From: a virus
Taxonomy: Duplodnaviria; Heunggongvirae; Uroviricota; Caudoviricetes
Reading direction: 5' to 3' (one strand)
DNA length: 42,648 nucleotides
IMG/VR virus record: IMGVR_UViG_2563366978_000002
Location: 1-42,648 of that record
Shown here: piece by piece, positions 8,727 to 17,829 of the stretch
Numbering within the stretch: position 1 is the first letter of the stretch
How the letters are laid out: every line of letters starts with the position of its first letter
Notes under the pieces: generated by a model
What the model saw: only the letters and a program-made list of their open reading frames with translations
What the model was told of the DNA's origin: nothing
Database searches by the model: none
Made by a program: the position numbers and the translations under genes

Positions 8727-8813
8727 AGAATACTGTAGGTATTTTATTGTGTAAATACCCAAGGTATTTATTTTTGGTGAAATAATGATAAGCAAATGAA
8801 TACAAAGGATATT
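8727..8813 (-). promoter_or_regulatory. pL promoter and oL operators (three AATAC-N5-GTATT-type sites)
   Basis: Sites AATACTGTAGGTATT (8729..8743), AATACCCAAGGTATT (8754..8768), AATACAAAGGATATT (8799..8813); minus-strand -35 TTTACA and -10 TATTCT with 17-nt spacer overlapping the first two sites. Confidence 0.5.
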
Positions 8814-8899
8814 TATTTTTTCGGAGTCTGCTTGTTCAGTGCTTTTTATGCGGGATATGTGAAGTGGATCCCGATAGCTATTGCTGCCGGGATTATAGG

Positions 8900-9268
8900 T
8901 TAGTCAGCGAAGGTTAAGACGAGAATTACCTTAATGATGTCTGCTACAACAGACGCGGCCATAGATAAACCAAAGACGATCCAAGCCACAGTGATGTCTT
9001 CACTACCATCGTATAGAGTTCCGTAATCACTGGTGTAAGGCGTAAATGTCGCGCCTTGATACAATAGGTATAAGCTTGATCCATAGAGGATAAATGCAGA
9101 TATCCCTTGTATTGCTATGATCACCAGAATCATGAAACGAGCTGATCTATGCGCCCAAGCCTGGCTTATTTTTTCTGATAGAGATTTCGCAATAAAAGCA
9201 TGCGCTAAGCCGTAAATTGTCGAGATTGCCAACATCCCAAAAAAGCTTGCTATAGCGGTTCCAACCAT
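8900..9268 (-). CDS. Small polytopic membrane protein downstream of cI (rex position); candidate exclusion or abortive-infection protein
   Basis: ATG at 9268 preceded by AAGGGG, 18 nt after the cI stop; 122 aa with several hydrophobic segments; AT-rich coding sequence. Confidence 0.5.
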   Translation of the reverse strand: MVGTAIASFFGMLAISTIYGLAHAFIAKSLSEKISQAWAHRSARFMILVIIAIQGISAFILYGSSLYLLYQGATFTPYTSDYGTLYDGSEDITVAWIVFGLSMAASVVADIIKVILVLTFAD

Positions 9269-9285
9269 AATCGCCCCTTGCGTGA

Positions 9286-10002
9286 TCAAACCAGCCTTAG
9301 TTTTGTCTCAATTGCAACGCCTATAATCTTGCAGTTTCCATTGATTGGCACGAGAGGCCATGCAGGATTAAGTCCCTTGAGGTATTTATTTCCGCCGTCG
9401 ATTATCAGCTTCTTGAATGTTGCTTCGTTAGAGTCAGAAAGTTTTGCTATGACCAAGCTGCCGTTGATCGCCTCCCTTCCGGTATCGAAAAGAACGAATG
9501 TTCCCTCTGGAATGCTTAACCCAACCGGTGCCGTCATTGAATCACCTTCCACTTTAAGCCAGAACGCATTACCTTGAATATGCGCGTCAGACTCAAGCCA
9601 AACATCTATGTCTTTAATGGTGTATGGTTCGCATGCTTCACACCACGAGCCAGCCTGGATACTGCTTAACACCGGATACCTCTTTCCTGCTCTGTATTCC
9701 CCTGCATACCTTACGTTGGCATCGCTCTTAAGGCTTTCTGCCTGTTCTGCAACCTTGGCAGCAATTGACTGGCTAAAATCAGCAATTGAGACTTGCAACA
9801 AACGTGCAAAACCAGATGCGACCTCAACGTTTAGCGCGTTTCTGCCATTAAGATAATGCCCTACCGCTCCTTGGGTGATACCCAGTTCATCAGCGATTGA
9901 GTATTGGGTTATTCCCAATTCTTTCTTTTTTGACTCATACAAAGCCTTAAGCCGCTTAGCGTCTTCGAGCTGTTCTGTCGTCAGTGATTTTTTATTTTCC
10001 AT
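9286..10002 (-). CDS. cI: CI-type prophage repressor (HTH plus LexA/S24-like C-terminal domain)
   Basis: 238-aa ORF; N-terminal helix-turn-helix region (ITQYSIADELGITQGAVGHYLNG) and C-terminal S24 peptidase-like domain (VEGDSMTAP...); divergent from cro across an operator region. Confidence 0.85.
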   Translation of the reverse strand: MENKKSLTTEQLEDAKRLKALYESKKKELGITQYSIADELGITQGAVGHYLNGRNALNVEVASGFARLLQVSIADFSQSIAAKVAEQAESLKSDANVRYAGEYRAGKRYPVLSSIQAGSWCEACEPYTIKDIDVWLESDAHIQGNAFWLKVEGDSMTAPVGLSIPEGTFVLFDTGREAINGSLVIAKLSDSNEATFKKLIIDGGNKYLKGLNPAWPLVPINGNCKIIGVAIETKLRLV

Positions 10003-10035
10003 AGCTTAATTCTAATAGCTAAGGTACTTAAACTA

Positions 10036-10077
10036 AAAATACCCTGAGTATTGATTGCTTTGAATACCTGTAGTATT
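10036..10077 (+). promoter_or_regulatory. oR operators and pR promoter
   Basis: AATACCCTGAGTATT (10036..10050) and AATACCTGTAGTATT (10061..10075) match the oL half-sites; -35 TTGATT (10049..10054) and -10 TATTCT (10072..10077), 17-nt spacer, upstream of cro. Confidence 0.5.
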
Positions 10078-10108
10078 CTTTGTTCATGGTTAATAACGGA
10101 GAGTGCAT

Positions 10109-10303
10109 ATGATTCGAATGACACTTGCCGATTACGCCAAAATCCATGGACAGGCTAAAGCAGCCAGTGACTTTGGTGTAATCCAGTGCGCTATCAGCAA
10201 GGCCATTCTGGCAGGCCGTAACATTATGGTTACGGTAAAGCCTGATGGCAGTGTGATTGGAGAGGAAGTTCGTCCTTTCCCAAGCAACAAGAAAAACAAA
10301 TAG
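10109..10303 (+). CDS. cro: Cro repressor
   Basis: [62 protein letters not shown] closely resembles lambda Cro as recalled; GGAGA RBS 6 nt upstream of the ATG. Confidence 0.85.
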   Translation: MIRMTLADYAKIHGQAKAASDFGVIQCAISKAILAGRNIMVTVKPDGSVIGEEVRPFPSNKKNK

Positions 10304-10309
10304 TAACAC

Positions 10310-10353
10310 CGCTCTTTAACAGTCATGGTCCTCATTCCCGCCGAAATGCGGGA
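10310..10353 (+). promoter_or_regulatory. nutR (boxA CGCTCTTTAACA plus boxB hairpin TCCCGCCGAAATGCGGGA)
   Basis: Canonical boxA-like sequence immediately after cro, then the same 18-nt hairpin found in nutL. Confidence 0.7.
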
Positions 10354-10411
10354 ATACAACGCGCATAAGTTGATGCGCATAACTTCTTATTAGTTAAGGA
10401 AATACTTACAT

Positions 10412-10690
10412 ATGCAACTTACAAGTACTCGCAAGAAAGCGAATGCAATTACAAGCAACATCCTGAATCGAATTGCTGTACGTGGTCAGCGAAAGGTTGC
10501 CGACGCGTTAGGGATTAATGAATCGCAAATTTCGCGATGGAAAGACAGCTTCATCCCCAAAATGGGAATGCTTCTTGCTGTTCTTGAATGGGGTGTTGAA
10601 GACGAGGAGTTGGCGGAACTGGCTAAGAAAGTAGCCAGAATGCTGACAAAAGAAAAAGCCCCGAAGAACGGCGAATTCTTCGAGGCCTGA
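10412..10690 (+). CDS. cII: CII transcriptional activator
   Basis: 92-aa ORF with ...SQISRWKDSFIPKMGMLLAVLEWGVEDEELAELAKKVARMLT..., matching lambda CII (...SQISRWKRDWIPKFSMLLAVLEWGV...) as recalled. Confidence 0.85.
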   Translation: MQLTSTRKKANAITSNILNRIAVRGQRKVADALGINESQISRWKDSFIPKMGMLLAVLEWGVEDEELAELAKKVARMLTKEKAPKNGEFFEA

Positions 10691-10724
10691 TGTAGAAAGA
10701 CTGGATCAATCCACAGGAGTAATT

Positions 10725-10886
10725 ATGACAAAACGTCGTAAGAAATACCAGGAAAAAGAAGAGATTCGACACCCTGATTCACCTGAGGGATTAGTGGTAG
10801 CCGCAGCAAATAACAGGGCGTTCGCAGAGCGCCTTGTTGGTGTTTACAGACTAGCCAAAGCAGGAGTGAAACATGGGCGTCGTTAA
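10725..10886 (+). CDS. Hypothetical small basic protein (53 aa)
   Basis: ATG at 10725 preceded by AGGAG; translation MTKRRKKYQEKEEIRHPDSPEG...; overlaps the start of the O-like gene in another frame. Confidence 0.3.
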   Translation: MTKRRKKYQEKEEIRHPDSPEGLVVAAANNRAFAERLVGVYRLAKAGVKHGRR

Positions 10887-11694
10887 GTTAGCTGATTACA
10901 GGCCTCAACTTGAGGTCGTGGAGCATCGCGTGGCAGATACCGAAGATGGTTTCATGCGCGTTGCTAACGAGATTACCGACAGTCTGCTGATGGCTGATTT
11001 AACCGTCCGGCAGTTGAAGGTGATGCTCGCTATCATGCGCAAGACATACGGATTCAATAAGCCGATGGATCGACTCACAAACACGCAGATAGCAGCCATG
11101 ACAGGTATTCATCACACTCATGTTTGCGCTGCCAAGCGCCAGCTTATCGAGCGTAAATTCCTCATTGCTGATGGCGTGAAAATCGGAGTGAACAAGGTGG
11201 TTTCGCAGTGGATTAGCCAGGACAGCTTAACATTAGCTAAAACAGCTAATAAAACATTAGCCAAGCCGGCTAATGGGTATAAGCCAAGTCAGCTAAACAC
11301 AAAAGACAATATACAAAAGACAATAAATACAAATACCCCCTTACCCCCTAACGGGGGCGGCGATGGGCAGGTTAAACCTGAACGTCGCAAGGCAGAACGA
11401 ATCGACTACGAATCCTTCCTGAACGCCTACAACACCGAAGTCGGTGACAGACTGCCACACGCTGTTGCGGTCAACGAGAAACGCAAACGCCGCCTGAAGA
11501 AAATCATCCCGCAACTGAAAACGCCAAACGTGGACGGTTTCAGAGCGTATGTCAGGGCGTTTGTGCATCAGGCCAAGCCGTTTTACTTCGGAGACAACGA
11601 CACGGGCTGGACAGCTGATTTTGATTACCTGCTGAGGGAAGATTCGTTAACGGGAGTACGGGAAGGGAAGTTTGCAGACAGGGGGATTGCATGA
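10873..11694 (+). CDS. Replication initiation protein (lambda O-like, iteron-binding)
   Basis: 273-aa ORF at the O position (after cII, before the helicase); origin-like iterons embedded in the central linker-coding region; stop overlaps the helicase start (ATGA). Confidence 0.7.
   Translation: MGVVKLADYRPQLEVVEHRVADTEDGFMRVANEITDSLLMADLTVRQLKVMLAIMRKTYGFNKPMDRLTNTQIAAMTGIHHTHVCAAKRQLIERKFLIADGVKIGVNKVVSQWISQDSLTLAKTANKTLAKPANGYKPSQLNTKDNIQKTINTNTPLPPNGGGDGQVKPERRKAERIDYESFLNAYNTEVGDRLPHAVAVNEKRKRRLKKIIPQLKTPNVDGFRAYVRAFVHQAKPFYFGDNDTGWTADFDYLLREDSLTGVREGKFADRGIA
11230..11340. repeat. Candidate replication origin: iterons plus A/T-rich region inside the O-like gene
   Basis: Five closely spaced copies of a (T/C)AGC(T/C)AA-containing motif (ACATTAGCTAA, ACAGCTAATAA, ACATTAGCCAA, CCGGCTAATGG, GTCAGCTAAAC) followed by the A-rich stretch CAAAAGACAATATACAAAAGACAATAAATACAAATA. 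Confidence 0.5.
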
Positions 11695-13067
11695 GACAGG
11701 ATATCGAAGCGAGCGTTATCGGTGGCCTGCTGATTGGTGGATTAACACCAACCGCCAGCGACGTTCTGGCAACGCTGGAGCCGGAAGCGTTTTCAATTCC
11801 GCTCTACCGGAAAGCCTTCGAGGTTATCCGCAAGCAGGCGAGAAACAGAAACCTAATCGATGCGCTGATGGTTGCCGAGGCGTGCGGAGAGGAGCATTTC
11901 ACGTCAATCCTGATGACCAGCAAAAACTGCCCGAGTGCCGCAAACCTGAAGGGATATGCCGGAATGGTCGCGGATAACTATCACCGCCGTCTGGTGCTGG
12001 AAATCATGGATGAAATGCGTGAACCAATTCAGAGCGGAACCATCGACGCATCGAGTCAGGCGATGGATGAGCTTGTAAAGCGTCTTTCAGCCATCAGAAA
12101 GCCCCGTGACGAGGTTAAACCTGTACGGTTAGGGGAAATCATTACTGACTACACTGACACGCTTGACAGGCGTCTGAGGAACGGAGAAGAGTCCGATACC
12201 CTGAAGACCGGAATCGAAGAACTTGATGCCATCACCGGAGGGATGAACGCGGAAGACCTGGTGATAATCGCTGCTCGTCCTGGTATGGGGAAAACCGAAC
12301 TGGCGCTGAAGATTGCCGAAGGCGTTGCAAGCCGCGTTATTCCTGGTTCTGACGTCCGGCGCGGGGTATTGATTTTCTCAATGGAAATGAGCGCATTGCA
12401 GATTGCAGAGCGAAGCATTGCCAACGCCGGGAGGATGTCGGTTAGCGTGCTGCGAAATCCTGCATCGATGGATGACGAGGGCTGGGCACGTGTTGCTAAC
12501 GGCATGAGTCAGCTTGCAGATTTGGATGTATGGGTAGTCGATGCCTCGCGGTTATCGGTCGAAGAAATTCGCTCAATCGCAGAACGGCACAAACAGGAAA
12601 ATCCAAACCTCTCACTCATCATGGCGGATTATCTTGGCCTGATTGAGAAGCCGAAAGCAGACCGCAACGACCTCGCAATTGCTCACATCTCCGGAAGCCT
12701 GAAGGCGATGGCGAAAGACCTGAAAACGCCTGTTATCTCCCTGAGTCAGCTTTCGCGCGATGTTGAGAAGCGACCAAACAAACGCCCGACAAACGCAGAT
12801 TTGCGTGATTCAGGAAGCATTGAACAGGACGCAGACTCAATCATCATGCTCTATCGGGAAGCGGTATATGACGAGAACAGTAGCGCCGCACCATTTGCTG
12901 AAATCATCGTGACGAAAAACCGTTTTGGCTCACTTGGTACGGTTTACCAGCGGTTCTGTAACGGACACTTTGTTGCATGTGACCAGGATGAAGCCAGACA
13001 GATTTGCACAGCATCAAATGCACCTGCTGCGCGTGGCAGACGATATGCACAAGGGGCGGACGTATGA
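11691..13067 (+). CDS. Replicative DNA helicase, DnaB family
   Basis: 458-aa ORF with DnaB-like N-terminal domain and Walker A motif (AARPGMGKT); follows the O-like gene as in P22-type replication modules. Confidence 0.85.
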   Translation: MRQDIEASVIGGLLIGGLTPTASDVLATLEPEAFSIPLYRKAFEVIRKQARNRNLIDALMVAEACGEEHFTSILMTSKNCPSAANLKGYAGMVADNYHRRLVLEIMDEMREPIQSGTIDASSQAMDELVKRLSAIRKPRDEVKPVRLGEIITDYTDTLDRRLRNGEESDTLKTGIEELDAITGGMNAEDLVIIAARPGMGKTELALKIAEGVASRVIPGSDVRRGVLIFSMEMSALQIAERSIANAGRMSVSVLRNPASMDDEGWARVANGMSQLADLDVWVVDASRLSVEEIRSIAERHKQENPNLSLIMADYLGLIEKPKADRNDLAIAHISGSLKAMAKDLKTPVISLSQLSRDVEKRPNKRPTNADLRDSGSIEQDADSIIMLYREAVYDENSSAAPFAEIIVTKNRFGSLGTVYQRFCNGHFVACDQDEARQICTASNAPAARGRRYAQGADV

Positions 13068-13139
13068 CCATCTACATCACTGAGCTAATAACAGGCCTGC
13101 TGGTAATCGCAGGCCTTTTTATTTGGGGGAGAGGGAAGT

Positions 13140-13466
13140 GTGGCTGACTGGCAAATTCCAATCATCATTCTTTCCGGAGCTTCGCTGGTTGCTGGCTTTA
13201 TCCTGCTGAAAAAGCATAAAGACCGTGATCAAAAAGTCGAAGTTCTCTATGGGTATCCAGCGAACAGCACAACATGGCTGACCATTTACCACTACCGAAA
13301 ATCAGGCCGCTGGGTATTCGAATGGGATGATCTGTTCGCTGAAAAGCGACCAAAGTCATGGGGAGACATCAGCGAATGCATGATGTTTGAAGAAAGAAAA
13401 TCCGGCGCAACCCGAGAAGAGTTTAACGAAGCGTGGGCGCGATTAAGTGAGAGAGGGTATTTGTGA
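13140..13466 (+). CDS. Hypothetical protein with N-terminal hydrophobic segment
   Basis: 108-aa ORF, GTG start preceded by GGGAGAGGGAAG. Confidence 0.4.
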   Translation: MADWQIPIIILSGASLVAGFILLKKHKDRDQKVEVLYGYPANSTTWLTIYHYRKSGRWVFEWDDLFAEKRPKSWGDISECMMFEERKSGATREEFNEAWARLSERGYL

Positions 13467-13660
13467 GCAAGTACGAAAAATTAGATCAAAACATTCTTTC
13501 AATGCTGAGTGAAAGACCAACACCTGTTTTTGATATCTGGCTTAAATGGCGGAGCAATGGAATGTATATCGAAACCATCGATCGCCGTATGCAATACCTG
13601 AGAAAGAAAGGGCTTGTTGCAAATGTGCGTGGGAAGGGTTGGGTGAAAATTAACCTGTAA
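13463..13660 (+). CDS. Hypothetical small protein
   Basis: 65-aa ORF with start overlapping the upstream stop. Confidence 0.35.
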   Translation: MSKYEKLDQNILSMLSERPTPVFDIWLKWRSNGMYIETIDRRMQYLRKKGLVANVRGKGWVKINL

Positions 13661-13674
13661 TAACGGGGATTGAT

Positions 13675-14031
13675 ATGGACGAATCAAGAAAGCAGTTTGA
13701 GGAATACGTTGCCAAAAAATTGAGATTACCATTCGAGATGATAACCGAGGCAAGAAATGGTGATAGGTACTTTGCATTTTCAAGCATGGATATTCGTCAC
13801 TCCTTAAATGAGTGGTGGGCTTTATGGCAGGCATCGCGAGCAGCTATTGAACTGGATATCGACTGGCCAGAATCGAATGACGACTTTTGGAAAGATGGTG
13901 AAGAAGGTGCTTATGCGATGGGTTATGAGGATGGGAGAGACAAAACGGTAATTGCAGTAATGAAAGCTATCAGAGCCGCTGGAATTAAAGAGAAGAATTT
14001 CGATGAAGCAAACAATCTTCCTCCGAACTAA
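13675..14031 (+). CDS. Hypothetical protein
   Basis: 118-aa ORF in the nin-like region. Confidence 0.4.
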   Translation: MDESRKQFEEYVAKKLRLPFEMITEARNGDRYFAFSSMDIRHSLNEWWALWQASRAAIELDIDWPESNDDFWKDGEEGAYAMGYEDGRDKTVIAVMKAIRAAGIKEKNFDEANNLPPN

Positions 14032-14413
14032 GCAACAACAGCAAGCTGCAATAAATGCCATCCTCGCAACACCACTCGATAAAGACAAGCCAGTCACCAT
14101 CCGCATTACTGACTACAAGCGCAACCTTGACCAGAACGCAAAATTTCACGCGATGGTCGCAGATATCGCTAGGCAAGTTCAGTGGCGCGATAAATGGTTA
14201 AAACCAGAACAATGGAAGGTTTTGTTGATCAGCGGTCATGCAGTGGCAACAAAGCAGGAAGCTGATGTTTTGCCCGGGCTTGAAGGCGAATACGTCAACA
14301 TTCGCGAAAGTAGCGCGCAGATGAGCGTGAAGCGCATGGCAAGCCTGATTGAGTACACGACAGCATGGGCTATTGGTCAGGGTGTCAGATTTACCGACAG
14401 GAGGTACGAATGA
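14003..14413 (+). CDS. ninB: NinB recombination protein
   Basis: 136-aa [53 protein letters not shown]... aligns with lambda NinB (...NAIHAVQQILPDPTKPIVVTIQERNRSLDQNRKLWA...) as recalled. Confidence 0.75.
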   Translation: MKQTIFLRTKQQQQAAINAILATPLDKDKPVTIRITDYKRNLDQNAKFHAMVADIARQVQWRDKWLKPEQWKVLLISGHAVATKQEADVLPGLEGEYVNIRESSAQMSVKRMASLIEYTTAWAIGQGVRFTDRRYE

Positions 14414-14586
14414 GACGACAGCGACGAAGTATCACCGACATCATCTGCGAAAACTGCAAATACCTTCCAACGAAGCGCTCCAGAAATAAACGCAAGCCAA
14501 TCCCAAAAGAATCTGACGTAAAAACCTTCAACTACACGGCTCACCTGTGGGATATCCGGTGGCTAAGACATCGTGCGAGGAAATGA
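14410..14586 (+). CDS. Hypothetical small basic protein (58 aa)
   Basis: ATG at 14410 preceded by GGAGG; ATGA overlap with the methyltransferase start. Confidence 0.35.
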   Translation: MRRQRRSITDIICENCKYLPTKRSRNKRKPIPKESDVKTFNYTAHLWDIRWLRHRARK

Positions 14587-15533
14587 CGATGACTGCGTAT
14601 TACAACGAAATAGATCCGTATGCAGCGCAATGGCTGCGTAACTTAATTGACGCTGGAGAAATTGCCCCCGGTTATGTAGATGAAAGGAGTATTGAAGATG
14701 TCACACCAGGTGATTTGCGAGGATTTACCCAGCACCACTTTTTTGCAGGAATCGGAGTTTGGAGCTATGCACTTAGAAAAGCAGGATGGCCAGACAACAA
14801 GAGTATCTGGACAGGAAGTTGCCCATGCCAACCTTTCAGCTCGGCAGGCAAAGGAAAAGGGGTTGATGACGAGCGGCACTTATGGCCAGCATTCTTCTGG
14901 CTTATTGAAAAATGCAATCCTGGCATCGTTATTGGCGAACAGGTTGCAAGCGCAGACGGCCTCGCTTGGCTCGACCTTGTACAAACTGACTTGGAAGGTG
15001 CGAACTACACCTCTGCAGGTACCGATATTTGCGCTGCGGGCTTCGGTTCTCCGCACATCAGGCAGCGATTGTATTGGGTGGCCTACTCCAACGACAAATA
15101 TCAACTTTCAGCCAGAGACGCGCAGGGGAATTCAGAACCTATCTGGATGCGTGAGACTAGCGGGATGGCAAACTCCTTTAGCGAACGATGCAACAGGTTC
15201 AACGCATTGCTACAGCGGAAAAGACAAGAGCGGAACCCCAAGAATCTGCTTGAAACTTCCCGGGACGGTGAAGCTATGTACCCATTACCGGTTAACGGCT
15301 TCTGGAGAGATGCAGACTGGCTTTACTGTAGAGATGAAAAATATCGTCCAGTTAGACCCGGCTCATTCCCGATGGTTAATGGCATTGCCAAAAGCTTGGG
15401 ACGAGGCAAGTCCACACTGGGAAGAATGGCAAAGCGCAATCAAGATCAGCGAATTATTGGATATGGAAACGCAATCAATGCAGAAGTAGCAACGGCATTC
15501 GTGAAAGTTTGTATGGAGGTTGTTAATGCTTAG
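14583..15533 (+). CDS. DNA (cytosine-5)-methyltransferase, orphan
   Basis: C5-MTase motifs: motif [10 protein letters not shown], motif [15 protein letters not shown], motif [14 protein letters not shown]; no adjacent restriction endonuclease-like gene. Confidence 0.8.
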   Translation: MTMTAYYNEIDPYAAQWLRNLIDAGEIAPGYVDERSIEDVTPGDLRGFTQHHFFAGIGVWSYALRKAGWPDNKSIWTGSCPCQPFSSAGKGKGVDDERHLWPAFFWLIEKCNPGIVIGEQVASADGLAWLDLVQTDLEGANYTSAGTDICAAGFGSPHIRQRLYWVAYSNDKYQLSARDAQGNSEPIWMRETSGMANSFSERCNRFNALLQRKRQERNPKNLLETSRDGEAMYPLPVNGFWRDADWLYCRDEKYRPVRPGSFPMVNGIAKSLGRGKSTLGRMAKRNQDQRIIGYGNAINAEVATAFVKVCMEVVNA

Positions 15534-15702
15534 CCCATCCCAATCCATTCAATACCAGAAAGAAAGCGTCGAGCGGGCTTTAACGTGCGCTAACTGCGGT
15601 CAGAAGCTGCATGTGCTGGAAGTTCACGTGTGCTCCTATTGCTGCGCAGAACTGATGAGCGATCCGAATAGCTCAATGTACGAGGAAGAAGACGATGAAT
15701 GA
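15526..15702 (+). CDS. Hypothetical small Cys-rich (zinc-ribbon-like) protein
   Basis: ATG at 15526 with GGAGG 6 nt upstream; CANCGQ...CSYCC pattern. Confidence 0.4.
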   Translation: MLSPSQSIQYQKESVERALTCANCGQKLHVLEVHVCSYCCAELMSDPNSSMYEEEDDE

Positions 15703-16417
15703 GTTAATAAATGGCAATGCCATCAAAATGACAAGCATTGAAATCGCTGAGTTGGTGGGAAGTCGTCATGACAAGGTGAAACAATCTATTGAACGACTGG
15801 CGGCTCGAGGTGTGATCCGAAATCCCCCAATGGTGGTTTTCGAAAAAATCAATAACTTAGGGTTGCTTCGTGGCGTAGAGGCTTACGTTTTTGAGGGCGA
15901 ACAAGGTAAGCGAGACAGCATTATTGTCGTCGCCCAGTTGTCGCCGGAATTCACCGCTCGTCTTGTTGACCGTTGGCGAGAGCTTGAAGAAACTGCGGTT
16001 AATATCCCCAAAACGCTACCGGAAGCGTTGCGCCTTGCTGCTGATCTTGCTGAGCAGAAAATGCAACTGGAAAACCAGCTCGCAATTGCCGCACCTAAAG
16101 TTGAGTTTGCCGATCGCGTTGGCGAGGCCAGCGGAATTTTGATTGGAAACTTTGCAAAGGTTGTTGGTATTGGTCCAAACAAACTGTTTGCGTGGATGCG
16201 CGATCACAAAATCCTTATTGCTTCAGGCTCCCGGCGCAATGTGCCAATGCAGGAATATATGGATCGCGGCTATTTCACAGTGAAAGAAACAGCGGTCAAC
16301 ACAAATCACGGAATACAGATATCGTTCACCACAAAAATCACCGGGCGTGGTCAACAGTGGCTGACCAGAAAGCTGCTCGATAACGGAATGCTGAAAGTAA
16401 CAGGGGAGGCTGCTTAA
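15695..16417 (+). CDS. Phage antirepressor/regulator (Rha-like N-terminal domain plus KilAC-like C-terminal domain)
   Basis: 240-aa ORF; N-terminal ...GNAIKMTSIEIAELVGSRHDKVKQSIERL... resembles Rha-family regulators; C-terminal region resembles antirepressor KilAC domains as recalled. Confidence 0.55.
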   Translation: MNELINGNAIKMTSIEIAELVGSRHDKVKQSIERLAARGVIRNPPMVVFEKINNLGLLRGVEAYVFEGEQGKRDSIIVVAQLSPEFTARLVDRWRELEETAVNIPKTLPEALRLAADLAEQKMQLENQLAIAAPKVEFADRVGEASGILIGNFAKVVGIGPNKLFAWMRDHKILIASGSRRNVPMQEYMDRGYFTVKETAVNTNHGIQISFTTKITGRGQQWLTRKLLDNGMLKVTGEAA

Positions 16418-16707
16418 TGGCTAACCTACGAAAAGAAGCTCGCGGCAGAGAATGCCAGGTACGTATTTACGGCGTATGCAATGGCAATCCTGAAACTACA
16501 GTTCTGGCACATTACCGGATGGCTGGAATTTGCGGAACTGGAATGAAGCCTGACGACCTGATCGGTGCATGGGCTTGTAGTGACTGCCACGCTGAGATCG
16601 ACCGACGCACAAGGATTCTCGACAACAAAGACGCCAGACTTTACCACCTCGAAGGCGTGATCAGGACGCAGGCGATACTGCTGAAGGAGGGGAAGATTAA
16701 GTCATGA
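16417..16707 (+). CDS. DUF1364 (YbcO-like) putative zinc-binding nuclease
   Basis: 96-aa ORF MANLRKEARGRECQVRIYGVCNGNPETTVLAHYR...CSDCHAEIDRR..., matching YbcO-family prophage proteins as recalled. Confidence 0.65.
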   Translation: MANLRKEARGRECQVRIYGVCNGNPETTVLAHYRMAGICGTGMKPDDLIGAWACSDCHAEIDRRTRILDNKDARLYHLEGVIRTQAILLKEGKIKS

Positions 16708-17066
16708 ACGAATATCAGTTTGTGCTTCCATACCCGCCGTCGGTGAATACCTACTGGCGAAGACGGGGAAGCCAATACTACATCAGCGATAAAGGCCAGA
16801 AATACCGAAAAGACGTTCAGCAAATCATCCGCCAACTTAAGTTAGACATTTTCACCAAATCACGACTCCGCATCAAAGTCATCGCAGACGTTCCAGACTC
16901 CCGCCGCCGAGACCTCGACAACATCCTGAAAGGTTTACTCGACTCCCTTATCCACGCCGGATTTGCGGAAGACGACGAGCAATTCGATGACATTCGCGTA
17001 ATTCGTGGTGTGAAAGTACCAGGCGGACGGCTTGGAATAAAAATCACCGAACTGGAGAACGCATGA
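16704..17066 (+). CDS. rusA: RusA Holliday-junction resolvase
   Basis: 120-aa ORF with ...PDSRRRDLDNILKGLLDSLIHAGFAEDDEQFDDIRVIRGVKVPGGRLGIKITELE, matching RusA (...PDRRRRDLDN...) as recalled. Confidence 0.85.
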   Translation: MNEYQFVLPYPPSVNTYWRRRGSQYYISDKGQKYRKDVQQIIRQLKLDIFTKSRLRIKVIADVPDSRRRDLDNILKGLLDSLIHAGFAEDDEQFDDIRVIRGVKVPGGRLGIKITELENA

Positions 17067-17251
17067 ACGCCACAATTCAAACGATACCAGATCTTCTTAT
17101 CCAGACACGAGGCAATCAGACTGAAGTGGCAAGGATGCTTTCCTGCGCAAGAGGAACAGTGCTCAAGTACAACCGAGACAGCAAAGGCGAGCGTCACGTA
17201 ATAGTTAACGGCGTCCTGATGGTCAAACAGGGCAAGAGGGGAAGACGATGA
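17063..17251 (+). CDS. ninH: NinH-like protein
   Basis: 62-aa ORF ...TIPDLLIQTRGNQTEVARMLSCARGTVLKYNRDSKGERHVIVNGVLMV... resembles lambda NinH (...TIPDMLVEAYGNQTEVARRLKCSRGTVRKY...) as recalled. Confidence 0.7.
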   Translation: MNATIQTIPDLLIQTRGNQTEVARMLSCARGTVLKYNRDSKGERHVIVNGVLMVKQGKRGRR

Positions 17252-17766
17252 GCATAAGAGAACTAAACCTCACCAAAGAACAGCACGATTGGCTGAATGG
17301 CTGGCTTGAACTGTGGGGCGCATGGGTTTATTCAGGCCGCCTGGAAAAGCGCATGAGCAGCGTAATAGCGAAGTTCATGGAGAGCGTAGAGCCGGGAAGA
17401 GTTATGACAAGGCCAATGTGTAATGATGATGATGGAATGTTGATTTCTCAGGTCGTCGATTCCGTCATGTACATTGACAAGAAAGCCTTTGGCATCCTCC
17501 TCAGCTACTACGCTCATGGTTCATCTAAGCGAGCAATTGCATCCTACTATCACGCGACTGCAAAGCCACGCAAGATGTGTGGACGTGGTGGCGAGGGATG
17601 GAGAAAACCTTCACTGGCAACCTGTAGAAACGAAATTGACGACATCCTGAAAGCGTCATTATTTGTTTTATACCAGCCAATGCAAAATGCTTTCAAAATG
17701 CGTAAACGTGTTGAGAAAGTTAAGCATGTTGCTGTTAAAAGCCTTGACATGCAATTATCCATTTAG
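17248..17766 (+). CDS. Q: Late-gene antiterminator Q (non-lambda Q family)
   Basis: 172-aa ORF at the end of the nin region, immediately upstream of a strong promoter-like sequence and the lysis cassette. Confidence 0.6.
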   Translation: MSIRELNLTKEQHDWLNGWLELWGAWVYSGRLEKRMSSVIAKFMESVEPGRVMTRPMCNDDDGMLISQVVDSVMYIDKKAFGILLSYYAHGSSKRAIASYYHATAKPRKMCGRGGEGWRKPSLATCRNEIDDILKASLFVLYQPMQNAFKMRKRVEKVKHVAVKSLDMQLSI

Positions 17767-17773
17767 CCATAAT
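17744..17773 (+). promoter_or_regulatory. Candidate late promoter pR'
   Basis: -35 TTGACA (17744..17749), 18-nt spacer, -10 CATAAT (17768..17773), overlapping the 3' end of Q. Confidence 0.45.
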
Positions 17774-17829
17774 TAGAAGGTAAGCTGCCGTTAGTGACTC
17801 TTAAGTTGCAACGGTGGCTTTTTTTATTT

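Noticed and set aside
8566-8805. Overlapping ORFs on both strands (8566..8754 plus, 8608..8805 minus) in the pL/oL region
   Set aside because: No ribosome-binding sites, and they run across the operator repeats and nutL; this is much more likely regulatory DNA.
12149-12505. 118-aa minus-strand ORF inside the DnaB-like helicase gene
   Set aside because: Antisense to a strongly supported gene; no RBS.
14680-15489. 269-aa plus-strand ORF in an alternative frame overlapping the methyltransferase gene
   Set aside because: The overlapping frame carries the clear C5-MTase motifs; the alternative frame has no recognisable features.
17780-17826. Possible hairpin plus T-run (GCCGTT...AACGG...GGCTTTTTTT) between pR' and the first tRNA, as a 6S-RNA-like early terminator
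   Set aside because: The stem is short with a large loop and does not convincingly fold; the stronger hairpin at 18073..18108 is the better terminator candidate.
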